A stretch of DNA of 64,000 nt from an uncultured delta proteobacterium. GTDB taxonomy: Bacteria; Myxococcota_A; Polyangia; Polyangiales; Polyangiaceae. The first letter of the stretch is position 1. Each line of letters opens with the position of its first letter. The stretch spans positions 1,024,001-1,088,000 of the forward strand of contig CAVOKF010000007.1 of assembly GCA_963696385.1 (NCBI GenBank), written 5' to 3'. Positions 29,634-40,027 of the stretch are shown piece after piece. Below the pieces are notes generated by a model. That model saw nothing but the letters and a program-made list of their open reading frames with translations. It did not search any database and was not told where the DNA came from. The translations under genes and the position numbers were made by a program.

Positions 29634-31766
29634 TTGTCGGCAGGCGCGGGAATCGACAACGAGGGCGTCCGGGGCGCCGAGACACCCCTCGTTTTCGTCA
29701 GCGATCCGACGGCGGAAGCCGAGCGCGTCGCCCAAGCGCTGCGCAACGGCGGCTACATCGTGGTGGACGTGCCGCTGTCGATGCTGGTGGCCCGCGTTGC
29801 GGTGCAGCATCCGCGAGTCGTGCTCGTGGACGCGGATAGCCACGGAGCGCTCGAGGTCGTTGCGCGGATGCACGAGCTTCCGCAGGCCGATGACGTGCAG
29901 GTCGTCTTCGTGGCGGCTCCGGGCGGCACGCTGACCAATTTGAAGGAAGCGCTTGCGCACGAGGGGTGTGCCCTCTTTCTGAGGCCCGTCGACGTGCCTG
30001 CCCTCGTCCAAGAGGTCGATGGGCTGAGCGGCGGTGCACGCGAAGGGCCGAGGACCTTCCGCCACTCGAGTACCCCGCCACCGTCGATTCCAGTGTCGCC
30101 GCCAAAGCGGCCAAGTGCGCCGCCCTCTCGCCCGTCCCGCAGCTTCCAATCCGGGGCCATGTTGGCAGGCGGCGGCGAGCCGGCGGCGTTTTCCGAACCC
30201 GCGCAACGCTCCGCGCGCCTTGCGTTTCCGGTGGGAATCGGCGTCACCCCCCCCCTCAGCGCGGAACTGCAGCGACTGCTCGCGGACGCGGAAGACCGAG
30301 TGCCGACGCCCGAAGAACCGCTCGCAGTCCCTTCGCCCGAAGAGGAGATCGAGGCGGTACTGCCCGCCGATCTGTTGGCGGCGCTCGACAAGCCCATCGA
30401 GGAGGACGACGAGGCGGACGCGCACGCCTCGACGCGATCGACAGCGGCTCCTCGCGCCATGCGTGAGCGCACCACCGACGGCGGACCCACGCGTACGCCG
30501 GGTGCGGCGACGATAGGCGGGGCGACTCCCGACCCGGGTGCAGCCGACACGGCCGGGGCGCACGCCACAGGCCCTTCAACGTCCGGCGCGCGTCCCACGA
30601 CGAGCAATCCGGGCGCGACTCCGGGGTCTCCCCGCGATCGCGCGGCCGGAGCCCACGAGGCCGACTCGCAGGGCGCGCCGGCCGGCTTGGGACCGGCTGG
30701 ATCCACCCCGCCCGACCGTGGCTTGGAGGACACCTTGGGGTCGGCCGACACGACGCGCAGGGTCGGACGCGCCATCGCCAGGCGCACCTCCGGCTCGCTC
30801 TGTCTTTCGGCCGGGGACGTCGAACGCCGCATCGTTCTGCGCGAAGGCGACATCGTGACTTGCGTCTCCACGGCGGAAGACGAATCCCTCATCGCATTTT
30901 TGGGTGCGCGCGGTGACTTGCCTCGAGAGACCGTACGTCGGCTCGTGGCCCGGTTCGCACCTTTCGGCAGGCACGCCGGAGCCGCGCTCGTCGCACGCGG
31001 ATACTTGCTTCAGGACCAGATGTGGCCCACGTTGCGCGCGCACGCCGAGTGGGTGCTGGGTCGCTGCCTGCAATGGTCGGAGGCGCGCATCGTTGTCGAG
31101 GTGCAAGCGCCCGGTCGATTGGCGGCCGAGCCGAGCGTTTTCGGCGGCGCTACGGGAGCCGAGGTCTTCGTGGAGATCGTACGCCGCATCGTCACGCCCC
31201 AGGAAGGCGTCGAGCGGCTCGGTGGAGCAACCGCTCGAGTGGTGCGCGGCCCCGCCGCCGACATCCTGGACGAGTGCCGCCTACGAAACACCGACTTCGA
31301 GGTCATTCGAGACTCGGCCGGTCGAACGCTCGCCGAGGTGCTCGACGGCGCGCAAGACGACGACTTCGCGAGTACGGTCTTCGCCCTCGCCGAGCTCGGG
31401 GTCGTGGAGGTGCTCGCTGCCGTCGGCACCGAGGCCGGACCCATTTTCGCTGGATCGGGCGACGTCTCGGCGCTCGACGCGGATGCGATTCGAGAGCGGG
31501 TGCGGGCGAGGCTGCAATTGGTCGAGGACGGCGACTATTTCGCGGTCCTCGGGGTCCCCCGTGAAGCGACCGGGTACGACGTACGCCGAGCGTTTCTCGA
31601 ACTGCGACGCGCTTTCGACCCATCGCGCTTGCTTTCACGCGAAGTCGCGGACTTGGCGGACGACGTTCGGGTGATCGCCACGGTGCTCGACGAGGCGTAC
31701 GAGATCCTCAAGGACTCGGCGCGCCGCGAGCGGTATCGACGAGCCATCGAAGTCAAGCCCGAATAG
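29634..31766 (+). CDS. Receiver-like + Pro/Thr linker + DUF4388-like + J-domain-like protein
   Basis: N-terminal atypical receiver (VFVSD, VVLVDAD, FLRPVD); RRTSGSLCL...RRIVLREGDIV; C-terminal DYFAVLGV...VRRAF...AYEILKD...RERY. Confidence 0.75.
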   Translation: MSAGAGIDNEGVRGAETPLVFVSDPTAEAERVAQALRNGGYIVVDVPLSMLVARVAVQHPRVVLVDADSHGALEVVARMHELPQADDVQVVFVAAPGGTLTNLKEALAHEGCALFLRPVDVPALVQEVDGLSGGAREGPRTFRHSSTPPPSIPVSPPKRPSAPPSRPSRSFQSGAMLAGGGEPAAFSEPAQRSARLAFPVGIGVTPPLSAELQRLLADAEDRVPTPEEPLAVPSPEEEIEAVLPADLLAALDKPIEEDDEADAHASTRSTAAPRAMRERTTDGGPTRTPGAATIGGATPDPGAADTAGAHATGPSTSGARPTTSNPGATPGSPRDRAAGAHEADSQGAPAGLGPAGSTPPDRGLEDTLGSADTTRRVGRAIARRTSGSLCLSAGDVERRIVLREGDIVTCVSTAEDESLIAFLGARGDLPRETVRRLVARFAPFGRHAGAALVARGYLLQDQMWPTLRAHAEWVLGRCLQWSEARIVVEVQAPGRLAAEPSVFGGATGAEVFVEIVRRIVTPQEGVERLGGATARVVRGPAADILDECRLRNTDFEVIRDSAGRTLAEVLDGAQDDDFASTVFALAELGVVEVLAAVGTEAGPIFAGSGDVSALDADAIRERVRARLQLVEDGDYFAVLGVPREATGYDVRRAFLELRRAFDPSRLLSREVADLADDVRVIATVLDEAYEILKDSARRERYRRAIEVKPE

Positions 31767-31799
31767 GGTTTGTCCGCGTGTCGGACGGGCCGTCGAGCA

Positions 31800-32789
31800 C
31801 TACTCTTCTATGAGAATCGCCATGTCCTTCGGCAGCGGCACCTGGACGTCGAACGCGTCGACGCCACCGCCACCGGCGTAAGCGACGCGCGACGCGTGAA
31901 GGGCGTGCCGACCGAGGGCTCGAATGACCGGCCCCCCGTACAGGTCGTCGCCGGCCAAGGGGTGACCGATTGCGGCGAAGTGGGCGCGAATCTGGTGGCG
32001 CAGCGCCTTCGACACTTTCGCTTCGACGACCGCCCACGTGCCGGTTCGCCGGACCACTCGATATCGCGTGATGGCATGACGTGGCTCGTAGCGGACGACG
32101 TCGCGAGGGTGCACGCATGCATAGACCCGACGTTGATCCTTGGGATGATTCGCAAGAGGGAACTCGATCGTTCCTTCGTCCGGAAGCCCTTGCTCGGCGC
32201 AGAGCAACGTATAGCTCTTGTCCAGGCGATCTTCCTTGAGCGCGAGCTTGAGTGCATCGAACGCGAGGGCCGTGCGGGCGACGACGACGGCTCCGCTCGT
32301 CTCCGTGTCCAAGCGATGGATGATGCCTGGATCGCGCGGAGAGTGTCCGATGTACCCGTCGTCGGTCGGAACGAGCTCCGCGTAGCGGCCGAGCAGAGCG
32401 TTCACCAACGTCCCTACCTCGCCGGATCGCAGCGGGGCCGTCGCCTGTCCGGACGGCTTGTCGACGACCACGACTTGTGGAGTCTCGAGCACGACGCGCA
32501 GAGGCGCTCCTGGCGTCGCGACGGCCGCCGCATCGGCGACCTGGGCGACGTCGATGCGAAGTTGGTCTCCGCTCGCAACCGTTCCACCCTTCGCGGTCCT
32601 TCGCCCGTTGACGCGCACGGCGCCGAGCTCGATCGCGCGCCGCACACGCGCTCGGCTGAGCTCCGGCAGCATCTCGACGATGGCCTTGTCGAGCCGGAGG
32701 CCATCGAGCGATGCTGGCACGACGAGCTCGCGAATCTCGGGCACCGGACGGTGCGATTGCGAGTCATCGGGGGGCGCGGCGTCGTTCAT
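31800..32789 (-). CDS. rluD: RluA-family pseudouridine synthase with S4 domain (RluD-like)
   Basis: GLRLDK S4 start, VDKPSG, HRLDTETSG, HQIRAH, GHPLAGDDLYG, ALHA; start taken at ATG 32789. Confidence 0.85.
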   Translation of the reverse strand: MNDAAPPDDSQSHRPVPEIRELVVPASLDGLRLDKAIVEMLPELSRARVRRAIELGAVRVNGRRTAKGGTVASGDQLRIDVAQVADAAAVATPGAPLRVVLETPQVVVVDKPSGQATAPLRSGEVGTLVNALLGRYAELVPTDDGYIGHSPRDPGIIHRLDTETSGAVVVARTALAFDALKLALKEDRLDKSYTLLCAEQGLPDEGTIEFPLANHPKDQRRVYACVHPRDVVRYEPRHAITRYRVVRRTGTWAVVEAKVSKALRHQIRAHFAAIGHPLAGDDLYGGPVIRALGRHALHASRVAYAGGGGVDAFDVQVPLPKDMAILIEE

Positions 32790-32810
32790 CGAGGCTCGAG
32801 GGAGGGGGCC

Positions 32811-33020
32811 ATTGGTACCACGCTCGCGCCCTCGGCGCCGCTCGGCGCGCAACCCGTCGACGGACGAAGCGATCTCTACTCGGCAGCGACCGTTCCTGGC
32901 GAAATGCTGGCGGGTCGAACGCCGTTTGGGTCGGACCAGGGCGAATTTCTCGTTCGCAACGACGAGGGCGATGCAGTCGCCCCACCCATCCGCAGGGGCC
33001 AGGCGCTGCAAGACGGGTGA
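32811..33020 (+). pseudogene. Degenerate fragment of a Ser/Thr kinase (subdomains VIII-IX)
   Basis: Intergenic frame reads IGTTLAPSAPLGAQPVDGRSDLYSAATVPGEMLAGRTPF, resembling GTPxYMAPEQ..G..VDxRSDLYSxGxxLYEMLAGxxPF; no start codon and no N-lobe. Confidence 0.55.
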
Positions 33021-33057
33021 GATCGCGGCAGGGCGAAGCAGGTATCCTGGCTGCGCC

Positions 33058-34089
33058 GTGCTCGATTCGTTCGACAAGCTGCCCAACTGGTCGACCGCCG
33101 CAAGCTGCGCGCTGCTCTCGTTGGCGCTTGCGGCCTTTACTTACTGGTCGTTGCGCCGGTCGATGCGCCGCATCGCCGCGGCGCGGCGAACGAAGGGAAG
33201 CGAGGTGCTGGCGACAAGCATCCCGCGCCCAGCGGCCGTGGCCGTCTTTCTCCTGGCGATGACGAGCGGCCTGAGTGCCTTCCGCCTTCCAGGCGCCAGC
33301 CTCACGGAGCTTCATCGCCTGCTCGCGCTCGCCCTGTCGATCGTCGGCGTCTCCGTCCTCATGCGGATCGCCCTGCAGTCGATCGGCGTGTACAGCCACT
33401 CGAGCCCCGATTTTCGAATCGCCGCGGGCATCGGGCGCGCGGTGACGTGGGTCGTGGGACTGGGATGGGTGGCCGTGCTCGTCAGCGATGCCCTCGGCAT
33501 TTCGCTGGCCCCAGCTCTGACCGCGTTTGGCATCGGCTCGCTCGCCGTGGCTCTCGCGCTGCAGGACACTCTGTCGAATTTTTTCGCCGGCGTGTGCATC
33601 GTTTTCGACAAGCCGGTGCGCCTCGGCGACTTCATCCGTATCGATCCGAGCTACGACGGCTACGTCGAGTCGATCGGGTGGCGATCCACGCACATCCGCA
33701 CGCCGTCCAACACGATCGTCATCGTACCGAATACGACGCTCTCCAAGGCGATCATCACCAATTTTTCGCTTCCGACTCCGCAGGTCGCTTCGAGCGTGCG
33801 TATCGATGTTTCCGCCGACTCAGACATCGACCGAGTCGAAGAAGTTTTGACCGACGAGGCCCGGCGGGCGCTCGACGTGCCCGGTATGGTCCGGACCCCG
33901 GAGCCGAGCGTCGCACTCGCGCCGGGCTTCGTCGACGGCGGCGTCGGGTTCACGGTCTGCTTTCACGTTCGATCCATCGACGATCAGCCGGGAGTCCAAC
34001 ATGCGCTCCGCAAGCGCATTGCGGCACGCTTCAAAAAAGAACGCATTGCGTTCTCCACGGCCTCGGTCGCGCCGGGTCGGCGCGCATGA
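33058..34089 (+). CDS. mscS: Small-conductance mechanosensitive channel
   Basis: GIGSLAVALALQDTLSNFFAG, DKPVRLGDFI, GYVESIGWRST, IVPN; GTG start at 33058. Confidence 0.92.
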   Translation: MLDSFDKLPNWSTAASCALLSLALAAFTYWSLRRSMRRIAAARRTKGSEVLATSIPRPAAVAVFLLAMTSGLSAFRLPGASLTELHRLLALALSIVGVSVLMRIALQSIGVYSHSSPDFRIAAGIGRAVTWVVGLGWVAVLVSDALGISLAPALTAFGIGSLAVALALQDTLSNFFAGVCIVFDKPVRLGDFIRIDPSYDGYVESIGWRSTHIRTPSNTIVIVPNTTLSKAIITNFSLPTPQVASSVRIDVSADSDIDRVEEVLTDEARRALDVPGMVRTPEPSVALAPGFVDGGVGFTVCFHVRSIDDQPGVQHALRKRIAARFKKERIAFSTASVAPGRRA

Positions 34090-34178
34090 CCGCGGCCGGG
34101 GCGGCGCCCGGCGAGCGCGGTCGCCCCGCGCGACCGTTTCTCTCGCGGCGTTGCCCTGAGACCAGGCACCGGGGACCC

Positions 34179-36431
34179 CTACGCGGCGGCTTCCTTCGCG
34201 TGGATCGTGACCGCCAAGGCTCCGAAGAGGGTCGCGAGCGGCGCGACCGCCAGCGGCGCGACGCCGAACGCGATCGCAAGCAGTGCGATCGATCCGGGTA
34301 TGGCGCCGAGCGCGATAGCGCCCCACGCCCGGCCTCGAGCAGCGCGTGGGATGGCGAGAGCGAGTGCCGCATGGCGCACGTCGTCGCTTGCGAGAGCGAC
34401 GGCCCACTCCCCGGGCGTCGATCCCGCGGCCCCCATCGCAACGGCGACGTCCGCAGCGCCGAGCGCGCCGTCGTCCATGGCCGGGTGCCCGATCACGCCG
34501 ACGATACTCCCGCCTTCCGCCAACGCGCGCACCTCGGCACCGCGATCCCCCGGCAGCACCTCGGGACGCACGTGATCGATGTCGAGGGCGCGACCGATCG
34601 TCTCGCAGGTCTCGCGGGCCTCGCCGCTCAACAGCACCGGCTCGATGCGCGCATCGAGTAGAGTCTGAACGGCCGCTCGCGCCCCAGCGCGCAGCCCGTC
34701 CTGGAGCGCGATGAGGCCGATCACACGTTCGCCGAGGGCGACGAGAAGCACACTACGGCCTTCGGCCTCCAGCGCGCTCACGCGGGCATCTGCCAAGGCG
34801 ACGCCGATCTTCTCTTCGAGCATGATGGCGCGGCCGCCCACGACCAACCGCTTGCCCGTCGACGAGAGTGCGGTCACCCCCAACCCCGCGTGGGCTGTGG
34901 CGTTTCTCACGGCATCGGGCCGAACTCCGCTCACCCGAGCTGCGCGCAAGACGGCCGAAGCGAACGGATGGGAGGACGCGGTCTCCGCGCCCGCTGCCAG
35001 TGCGAGCACACGGGTCGTTTCGTCCGAGCAAGGCGGTTCTTCACCGCCCTCGACAACGCGGGCGATCGGGCCGATGTTCTCGACAGCAACAATCTCGGGC
35101 TCGCCGAGAAGCACCGTTCCACGGGCGCTGAGGACGGCAATGTCGACGGTGCCGGCGCGCTCGAACGCACGAGCGTCCTTGTATGCGATCCCGTTCGCGA
35201 GCGCTTCGAGATGGGCCCGCGCGAATTGAAGGCCGACCCATGAGCAGACCGCCTTGACTCCGAACGCCATGGCGGCCGCACAGGCCGACGCCATCACCTC
35301 GACGGGCGTCGCGTTGCCGGCAAAGACCGCGACGCCCACGAGCGCCGCGGCCGTAGGTACGCCCCGTTCGATCACGTGGCGCAGCGTACGCACCGTCGGC
35401 GCGGCGACATCGATCCGCGCCGACGGAACCGAGAGGAGCTTGATCCACGCTCGATCTCGTCCCGACCAAGTCGTGGTCATTCGAAGGCGGTTCGATGTCA
35501 CTCGAGCGCCGGCAACGACCGGGTTGCCCTCGCGCTTCAGAACCTCGCTGCGAGCGCCGAGCCACGGCACGACGTGGGCCTCGCCCGCGATCACCGTCGC
35601 GTCGACGCCGATGAACTCTCCGCCCTCGACCACGACTGGCTCGCCCGGCCGGACGTCCCCGGCCGCCCGCTCGACCGTCAATCCGTCGTGAATCACCCGG
35701 ACCGTAACCTCGAGCGCATCCAGAACACTCCGGCGCGCCGCCTGAATGCGGAACCGGGCCCGCGCCACGAGCCGCTCGACGATGATCGCGACGCTGGCGC
35801 CGAGACCGGCGAGGACCGCAATGCCCACGGCACGCGGGTCATTCACCCGTTGAGCCCAACACGCCGCGACCACGGCGAGGGTCGTCGGTCCGACGACGAC
35901 CACCAGCGTATTGGGGTCCGCCGGATCGCGAGGGGAGCGCCCGACGCCGACAAGCAACGCGAGCCACGCAACGATGACGAGCGGCAGACGCACCGAATCG
36001 GCCATCGCGCCGAGCAATCCGATGGCCGGCGCAAGCACGCCGCAAACGATGCCCACGGCGTCGACACCGATGAACAGCCCGTGACCGTTGCGACCCGGAA
36101 TTCGAGCCTGTCGAGGCGTTTCGGCGTTCTCTAGCCCCGCTTCCAGAACGCCGGCCCCCGGAGCGACGTCGACTGCAACGTCGGCACCCTCCGCCGGTTC
36201 GGGCGCAGGGGACGACGCCCGCGGAAACTCCACGCAGGAGACCACCTGGGGCGGTGGCGCGGTGGCCACGTCTTGATCGCGCAGGCGACCGCGTGCATCC
36301 ACGTATTCGCGCTTGCACTCGGCGCGACAGAAATATTCGAATCTTCCGTCGAACACGGCGACGTGCCCGGCCCTCAGCGGATCGATGGGTTGCCCACAAC
36401 CCGGACACGCGAGGTGCGGCGCGATGGACAT
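34179..36431 (-). CDS. Degenerate heavy-metal P1B-type ATPase-like protein with N-terminal YHS/TRASH domain
   Basis: CPGCG...EYFCRAEC; ETASSHPFA, LSGE, EVLPGDR, ALGAADVAVAMG; catalytic motifs altered (see findings). Start 36431 or TTG 36470. Confidence 0.8.
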   Translation of the reverse strand: MSIAPHLACPGCGQPIDPLRAGHVAVFDGRFEYFCRAECKREYVDARGRLRDQDVATAPPPQVVSCVEFPRASSPAPEPAEGADVAVDVAPGAGVLEAGLENAETPRQARIPGRNGHGLFIGVDAVGIVCGVLAPAIGLLGAMADSVRLPLVIVAWLALLVGVGRSPRDPADPNTLVVVVGPTTLAVVAACWAQRVNDPRAVGIAVLAGLGASVAIIVERLVARARFRIQAARRSVLDALEVTVRVIHDGLTVERAAGDVRPGEPVVVEGGEFIGVDATVIAGEAHVVPWLGARSEVLKREGNPVVAGARVTSNRLRMTTTWSGRDRAWIKLLSVPSARIDVAAPTVRTLRHVIERGVPTAAALVGVAVFAGNATPVEVMASACAAAMAFGVKAVCSWVGLQFARAHLEALANGIAYKDARAFERAGTVDIAVLSARGTVLLGEPEIVAVENIGPIARVVEGGEEPPCSDETTRVLALAAGAETASSHPFASAVLRAARVSGVRPDAVRNATAHAGLGVTALSSTGKRLVVGGRAIMLEEKIGVALADARVSALEAEGRSVLLVALGERVIGLIALQDGLRAGARAAVQTLLDARIEPVLLSGEARETCETIGRALDIDHVRPEVLPGDRGAEVRALAEGGSIVGVIGHPAMDDGALGAADVAVAMGAAGSTPGEWAVALASDDVRHAALALAIPRAARGRAWGAIALGAIPGSIALLAIAFGVAPLAVAPLATLFGALAVTIHAKEAAA

Positions 36432-36466
36432 GCCGTGGCCAGCAAGGGTCGCCCGGGCCGCCGCTG

Positions 36467-37711
36467 TCAAGCGGTGCGCGAGGCCTCTGGATAGGATCGC
36501 GCAGGCGGCAGACGCAACTCGGAAAGCACGCGAGCGAGAGCGCGAACCCCCTCCTCGAGCTCGGAAGTCGACACGACCAGTGGCGGCGCGAACCGCAACA
36601 CGCGCTCACCGGCGGCGGTCAGCAGCAAGCCGGCTTCCAGGACTCGCGTCAACACGTCTCGGGCCACGAGTCCGGGCCGCAGAACGAGGCCCCGAAGAAG
36701 TCCTTCGCCGCGCGTGGACTCGCACACGTCGGGCATCTGCTGCACGAGCTGCTGCAAGAGAGCGTGGAGAAACTCGCCTTTCTCGCCCGCCCCCTCGACG
36801 AGATTCTCCTCGTCGAGGATGCGCAGGACGGCGAGCGCCGCCGAGCACGCCAGCGGGTTTCCGCCGAACGTGCAACCGTGGGTACCCGGGGGCAGGGCAC
36901 CCGCGACCCTCTCGGTCGCCAGCATGGCTCCGATGGGAAAGCCCCCGCCGAGCCCCTTTGCGAGAGCGACGGCGTCGGGCCGGACTCCAGTGCCATCGAT
37001 CGCAAGGAAGCGACCGAGCCTGCCGATACCCGTTTGCACTTCGTCCACGACGAGCAGTGCGCCGCAGGCATCGGCGATGGCGCGAAGACGTGCGAGAAAT
37101 CCAGGTGGGGCCGGGGTCACGCCGCCCTCACCCTGGATGGCTTCGACGATAATGGCGCAGACGTCCCGACCCATGGCCCGTTCGACGGCATCGCCGTCCC
37201 CGTACGGCACGTGCGTGACGGGCCCGAGCGGCCCGAATCCTTCCCGATACTTGGCTGTGCCCGTCATCGAAAGCGCACCCAGCGTTCGCCCGTGAAAGCC
37301 GCCCTCGAACGCGACGACGCGAACGCGATCGGGCTGGCCCATCCCGAAAAAATGATGGCGTGCGAGCTTGAGAAGCGCCTCATTGGCTTCCGTCCCGGAG
37401 TTGCAGAAAAACGCACGGTCGAACCCCGTGCGGCGGCAAAGCTCGGCGGCCAAATGGATATTCGGTCCGTTGTAAAAGTAGTTCGACACGTGCAGAAGCG
37501 TCGCCGCTTGATCGGCGATGGCGCGGGCCAGAGCAGGGTGCGCGTGGCCGACCGAGCACACCGCAATTCCAGCGCTCAAGTCGAGAAAGCGAGCGCCATC
37601 GGCATCGAACAACTCGCAACCGCGCCCGCGCACGAACGCCAGCGGCGCTGGCTTGTAGTTGGGGTAAAGATGCTTGCGCGCGAGCGCGACGAGGTCGGAG
37701 TTCGTGGACAT
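36467..37711 (-). CDS. argD: Acetylornithine aminotransferase
   Basis: FFCNSGTEANEA, FHGRTLGALS, EAIQGEGG, DEVQTGIGR, LAKGLGGGFPIGA, HGCTFGGNPLA. Confidence 0.93.
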   Translation of the reverse strand: MSTNSDLVALARKHLYPNYKPAPLAFVRGRGCELFDADGARFLDLSAGIAVCSVGHAHPALARAIADQAATLLHVSNYFYNGPNIHLAAELCRRTGFDRAFFCNSGTEANEALLKLARHHFFGMGQPDRVRVVAFEGGFHGRTLGALSMTGTAKYREGFGPLGPVTHVPYGDGDAVERAMGRDVCAIIVEAIQGEGGVTPAPPGFLARLRAIADACGALLVVDEVQTGIGRLGRFLAIDGTGVRPDAVALAKGLGGGFPIGAMLATERVAGALPPGTHGCTFGGNPLACSAALAVLRILDEENLVEGAGEKGEFLHALLQQLVQQMPDVCESTRGEGLLRGLVLRPGLVARDVLTRVLEAGLLLTAAGERVLRFAPPLVVSTSELEEGVRALARVLSELRLPPARSYPEASRTA

Positions 37712-37750
37712 CAATCGGGCAGTTAGCATACCGCCGCGCTACCGAGCGGC

Positions 37751-38549
37751 CTATCCCCCGCCACCCCGATGGCGCAGGATCGCCTGCGCGATCTCGGCGA
37801 AGCCTTCGCCCATCGGCCGGTCCGCGACGTAACGAGGGGGCACGGTCAGCCGGCTCAAGCTCGTCCGCACGTTGGAGACTCCAAAGGTCACCCGGAATGC
37901 CGCAAAGCATGGCGCGTCATTGCCGCTGTCGCCGATGAAGGCGAAGTGGGCCAGCGCGGCGCCGGCTTCATCGCCGAGCTCGCGAATGCAAAAGCGCAGC
38001 GCCCCGCTCGCCTTGTCGTCGGTATCGAACGTCGCGTGCAAATGGACGCTCGACCGTGACCATCGCGCGCCCACCCGCTCGATTTCGTTCCACGATCGAT
38101 CGGATGCGATCCTCAGGCAGCCTCGTCCGCTCGCCGACGTCCCACGTGACATCGCTCCGTCGGAGGTCGTTGTCGTCGGTGAGGCGAGCCTCCGGGACCG
38201 CCCCGCGAACGGTTTCGACCAGGTTCGCGAGTCGCTTTCGGCGGGATCGGCGCTCGAATTCGTCACACGCTTCGTGGCGAACCACTCCGGGACCGTCCCG
38301 TACGATGTAGACGGCCCCGTTTTCCGTGACGCAGCCGGCGACCGGCCATTGCCGCGCCAAGACCTCCCCCCACCCGGATGGGCGTCCGGTGACGGCTACC
38401 AATGCGAGCCCCGCGTCGCTCAAGCTCCATAGAGCGTCGTAGGCCCGACGCGTCAAGCGGCCGTGGGTGAGCAGCGTGTCGTCCAGGTCGAAGAGGACTC
38501 CGCGAAGGCGGCGGGCTTCGTCAGGGGGCAAGAGCGACGCCGGCTTCAT
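37751..38549 (-). CDS. HAD-IIB family hydrolase, split by a single-base frameshift near 38084
   Basis: N-half FDLDDTL, VTGRP, ENGA (ORF 37968..38549); C-half SSVHLH, DKA, FIGDSGND (ORF 37751..38266). Removing one base rejoins them. Confidence 0.8.
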
Positions 38550-38560
38550 GAGAGTTCGCC

Positions 38561-39758
38561 TCAGGGCCCAGCGCTACCGCGCGGCTCGACGCGCGCGATC
38601 AACGCCTTGAGGTAAAGCCCCTCTCCGAACGCCGCCGGGACCGGATGATCGGGTCCCTGAAACCATCGCTCGATGACGATCGCTTGCGCGTTGGCATGGG
38701 CGGCACCGGTAGCGAGCGCCCGCGTCAGCGACCCCAGATCCACCGTCGCGGAGCACGAGCAGAGAACGAGAAGGCCACCGGGATGCGTCGCCCGACATCC
38801 GTTCTCGGCCAGCTTCGCGTAGGCGACGAGCGCCTGCTCGCGCGCCGCACGTGTCGGCGCAAGCCTCGGCGGGTCGACAATCACCAGATCGAACGACCCG
38901 CTGGCGTGGGCCAAAACCTGCCGCGCATCGTCCTTGACGAACGCCACCCGATCGCCCACTGCATTCATCGACGCGCATTCGGCCCCCACCTCAAGCGCAA
39001 GGGCACTCTCGTCGACCGCGATGACCTCGCGCGCACCACCGCGAGCCGCCGCGATCGCAAAGGCACCCACGTACGCATAGGCGTCTAGAACGCGCTTGTC
39101 CCGGGCGAGCTCTTCGACGCGCGCCCGCAACAATCGCTGATCGAAGTAGAATCCGGTCTTTTGCCCGAGCTCGAGCGGAATTCGGAAGCGAAGCCCGCGT
39201 TCGCTGAATTCGAAAGTGTTCACGGCGTCGCCGAAGACGACGCCCGAGCTCGGTCGGAACCTTTCGAGCTTGGCGGTCTGGGCGCTCGTCCGATCGACAA
39301 TCGTGCGTGGACCCGCAACCGCCGCGAGGGCCTGGACCACCATGCTCTCGCGTTGCTTCATCCCGAGGGTGCCGACTTGGATGGCGAGCACCTCAGCGTA
39401 CCGATCGACGATGAGTCCGGGAAGGCCGTCGCCCTCGGCGTGCACCACGCGAAAGCCCGTCGTGGGCTCGCCCGCCAACCCGATCGAATCTACGGACGAC
39501 GAGGGCATGCTCGAAGCGGGCCCGAAAGAAGGACGCATCGAGTCGCGTATCGGCGTCACGAACGAGCAGGCGCACGGGAATCGCCGATCCCGGCGAGTAG
39601 AAGCCACGCCCGAGCAGCTTCCCGCGGGGATCCTCGACACAAACTTCGTCGCCGGGCGCAGGATTTCCCTCCACACGGTCGACGGCCTGCGCATAAACCC
39701 AGGGGTGTCCCGCCCAGACCGGCTGCACATGGCCCGGCTTGAGCCGTACGGTGGACAT
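38561..39758 (-). CDS. rlmI: RlmI-like 23S rRNA m5C methyltransferase, split by a single-base frameshift at 39487-39488
   Basis: PUA N-terminus GHPWVY (ORF 39393..39758) joins HAEGDGLPGLIVDRY, GQKTGFYFDQR, VDPP, DHPV..AFGEGLYLK in another frame. Confidence 0.85.
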
Positions 39759-40027
39759 GATGGCGGAGCTTGTAGGCGCGGACTCGACCGCCGTCGAATG
39801 GCCGCTTGAGCCCCGGTTGAGCCGCCTCGAGTCGATGAGGGGCTACGGGCCCGCAGTGAACGAGCGTGAACAGCTCTTGCCGGCAACGCCGAGCAGACGT
39901 TGATTTTCGCCCCGCCCGGGCTCAAGCTGGGTGGCACTTCGATTGCAGATCGATTCTCGTCGTGAGAGTCGCGACTGTCGCCAAGCGCCGCGCCATCCGG
40001 TCTGGCCCCAAAGGGAAGTAACGCGTC

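Noticed and set aside
37751..39758. Programmed ribosomal frameshifting or true pseudogenisation of the HAD and rlmI genes
   Set aside because: No slippery heptamer, both halves look undecayed, and the shared GAT(T)C context points to sequencing error.
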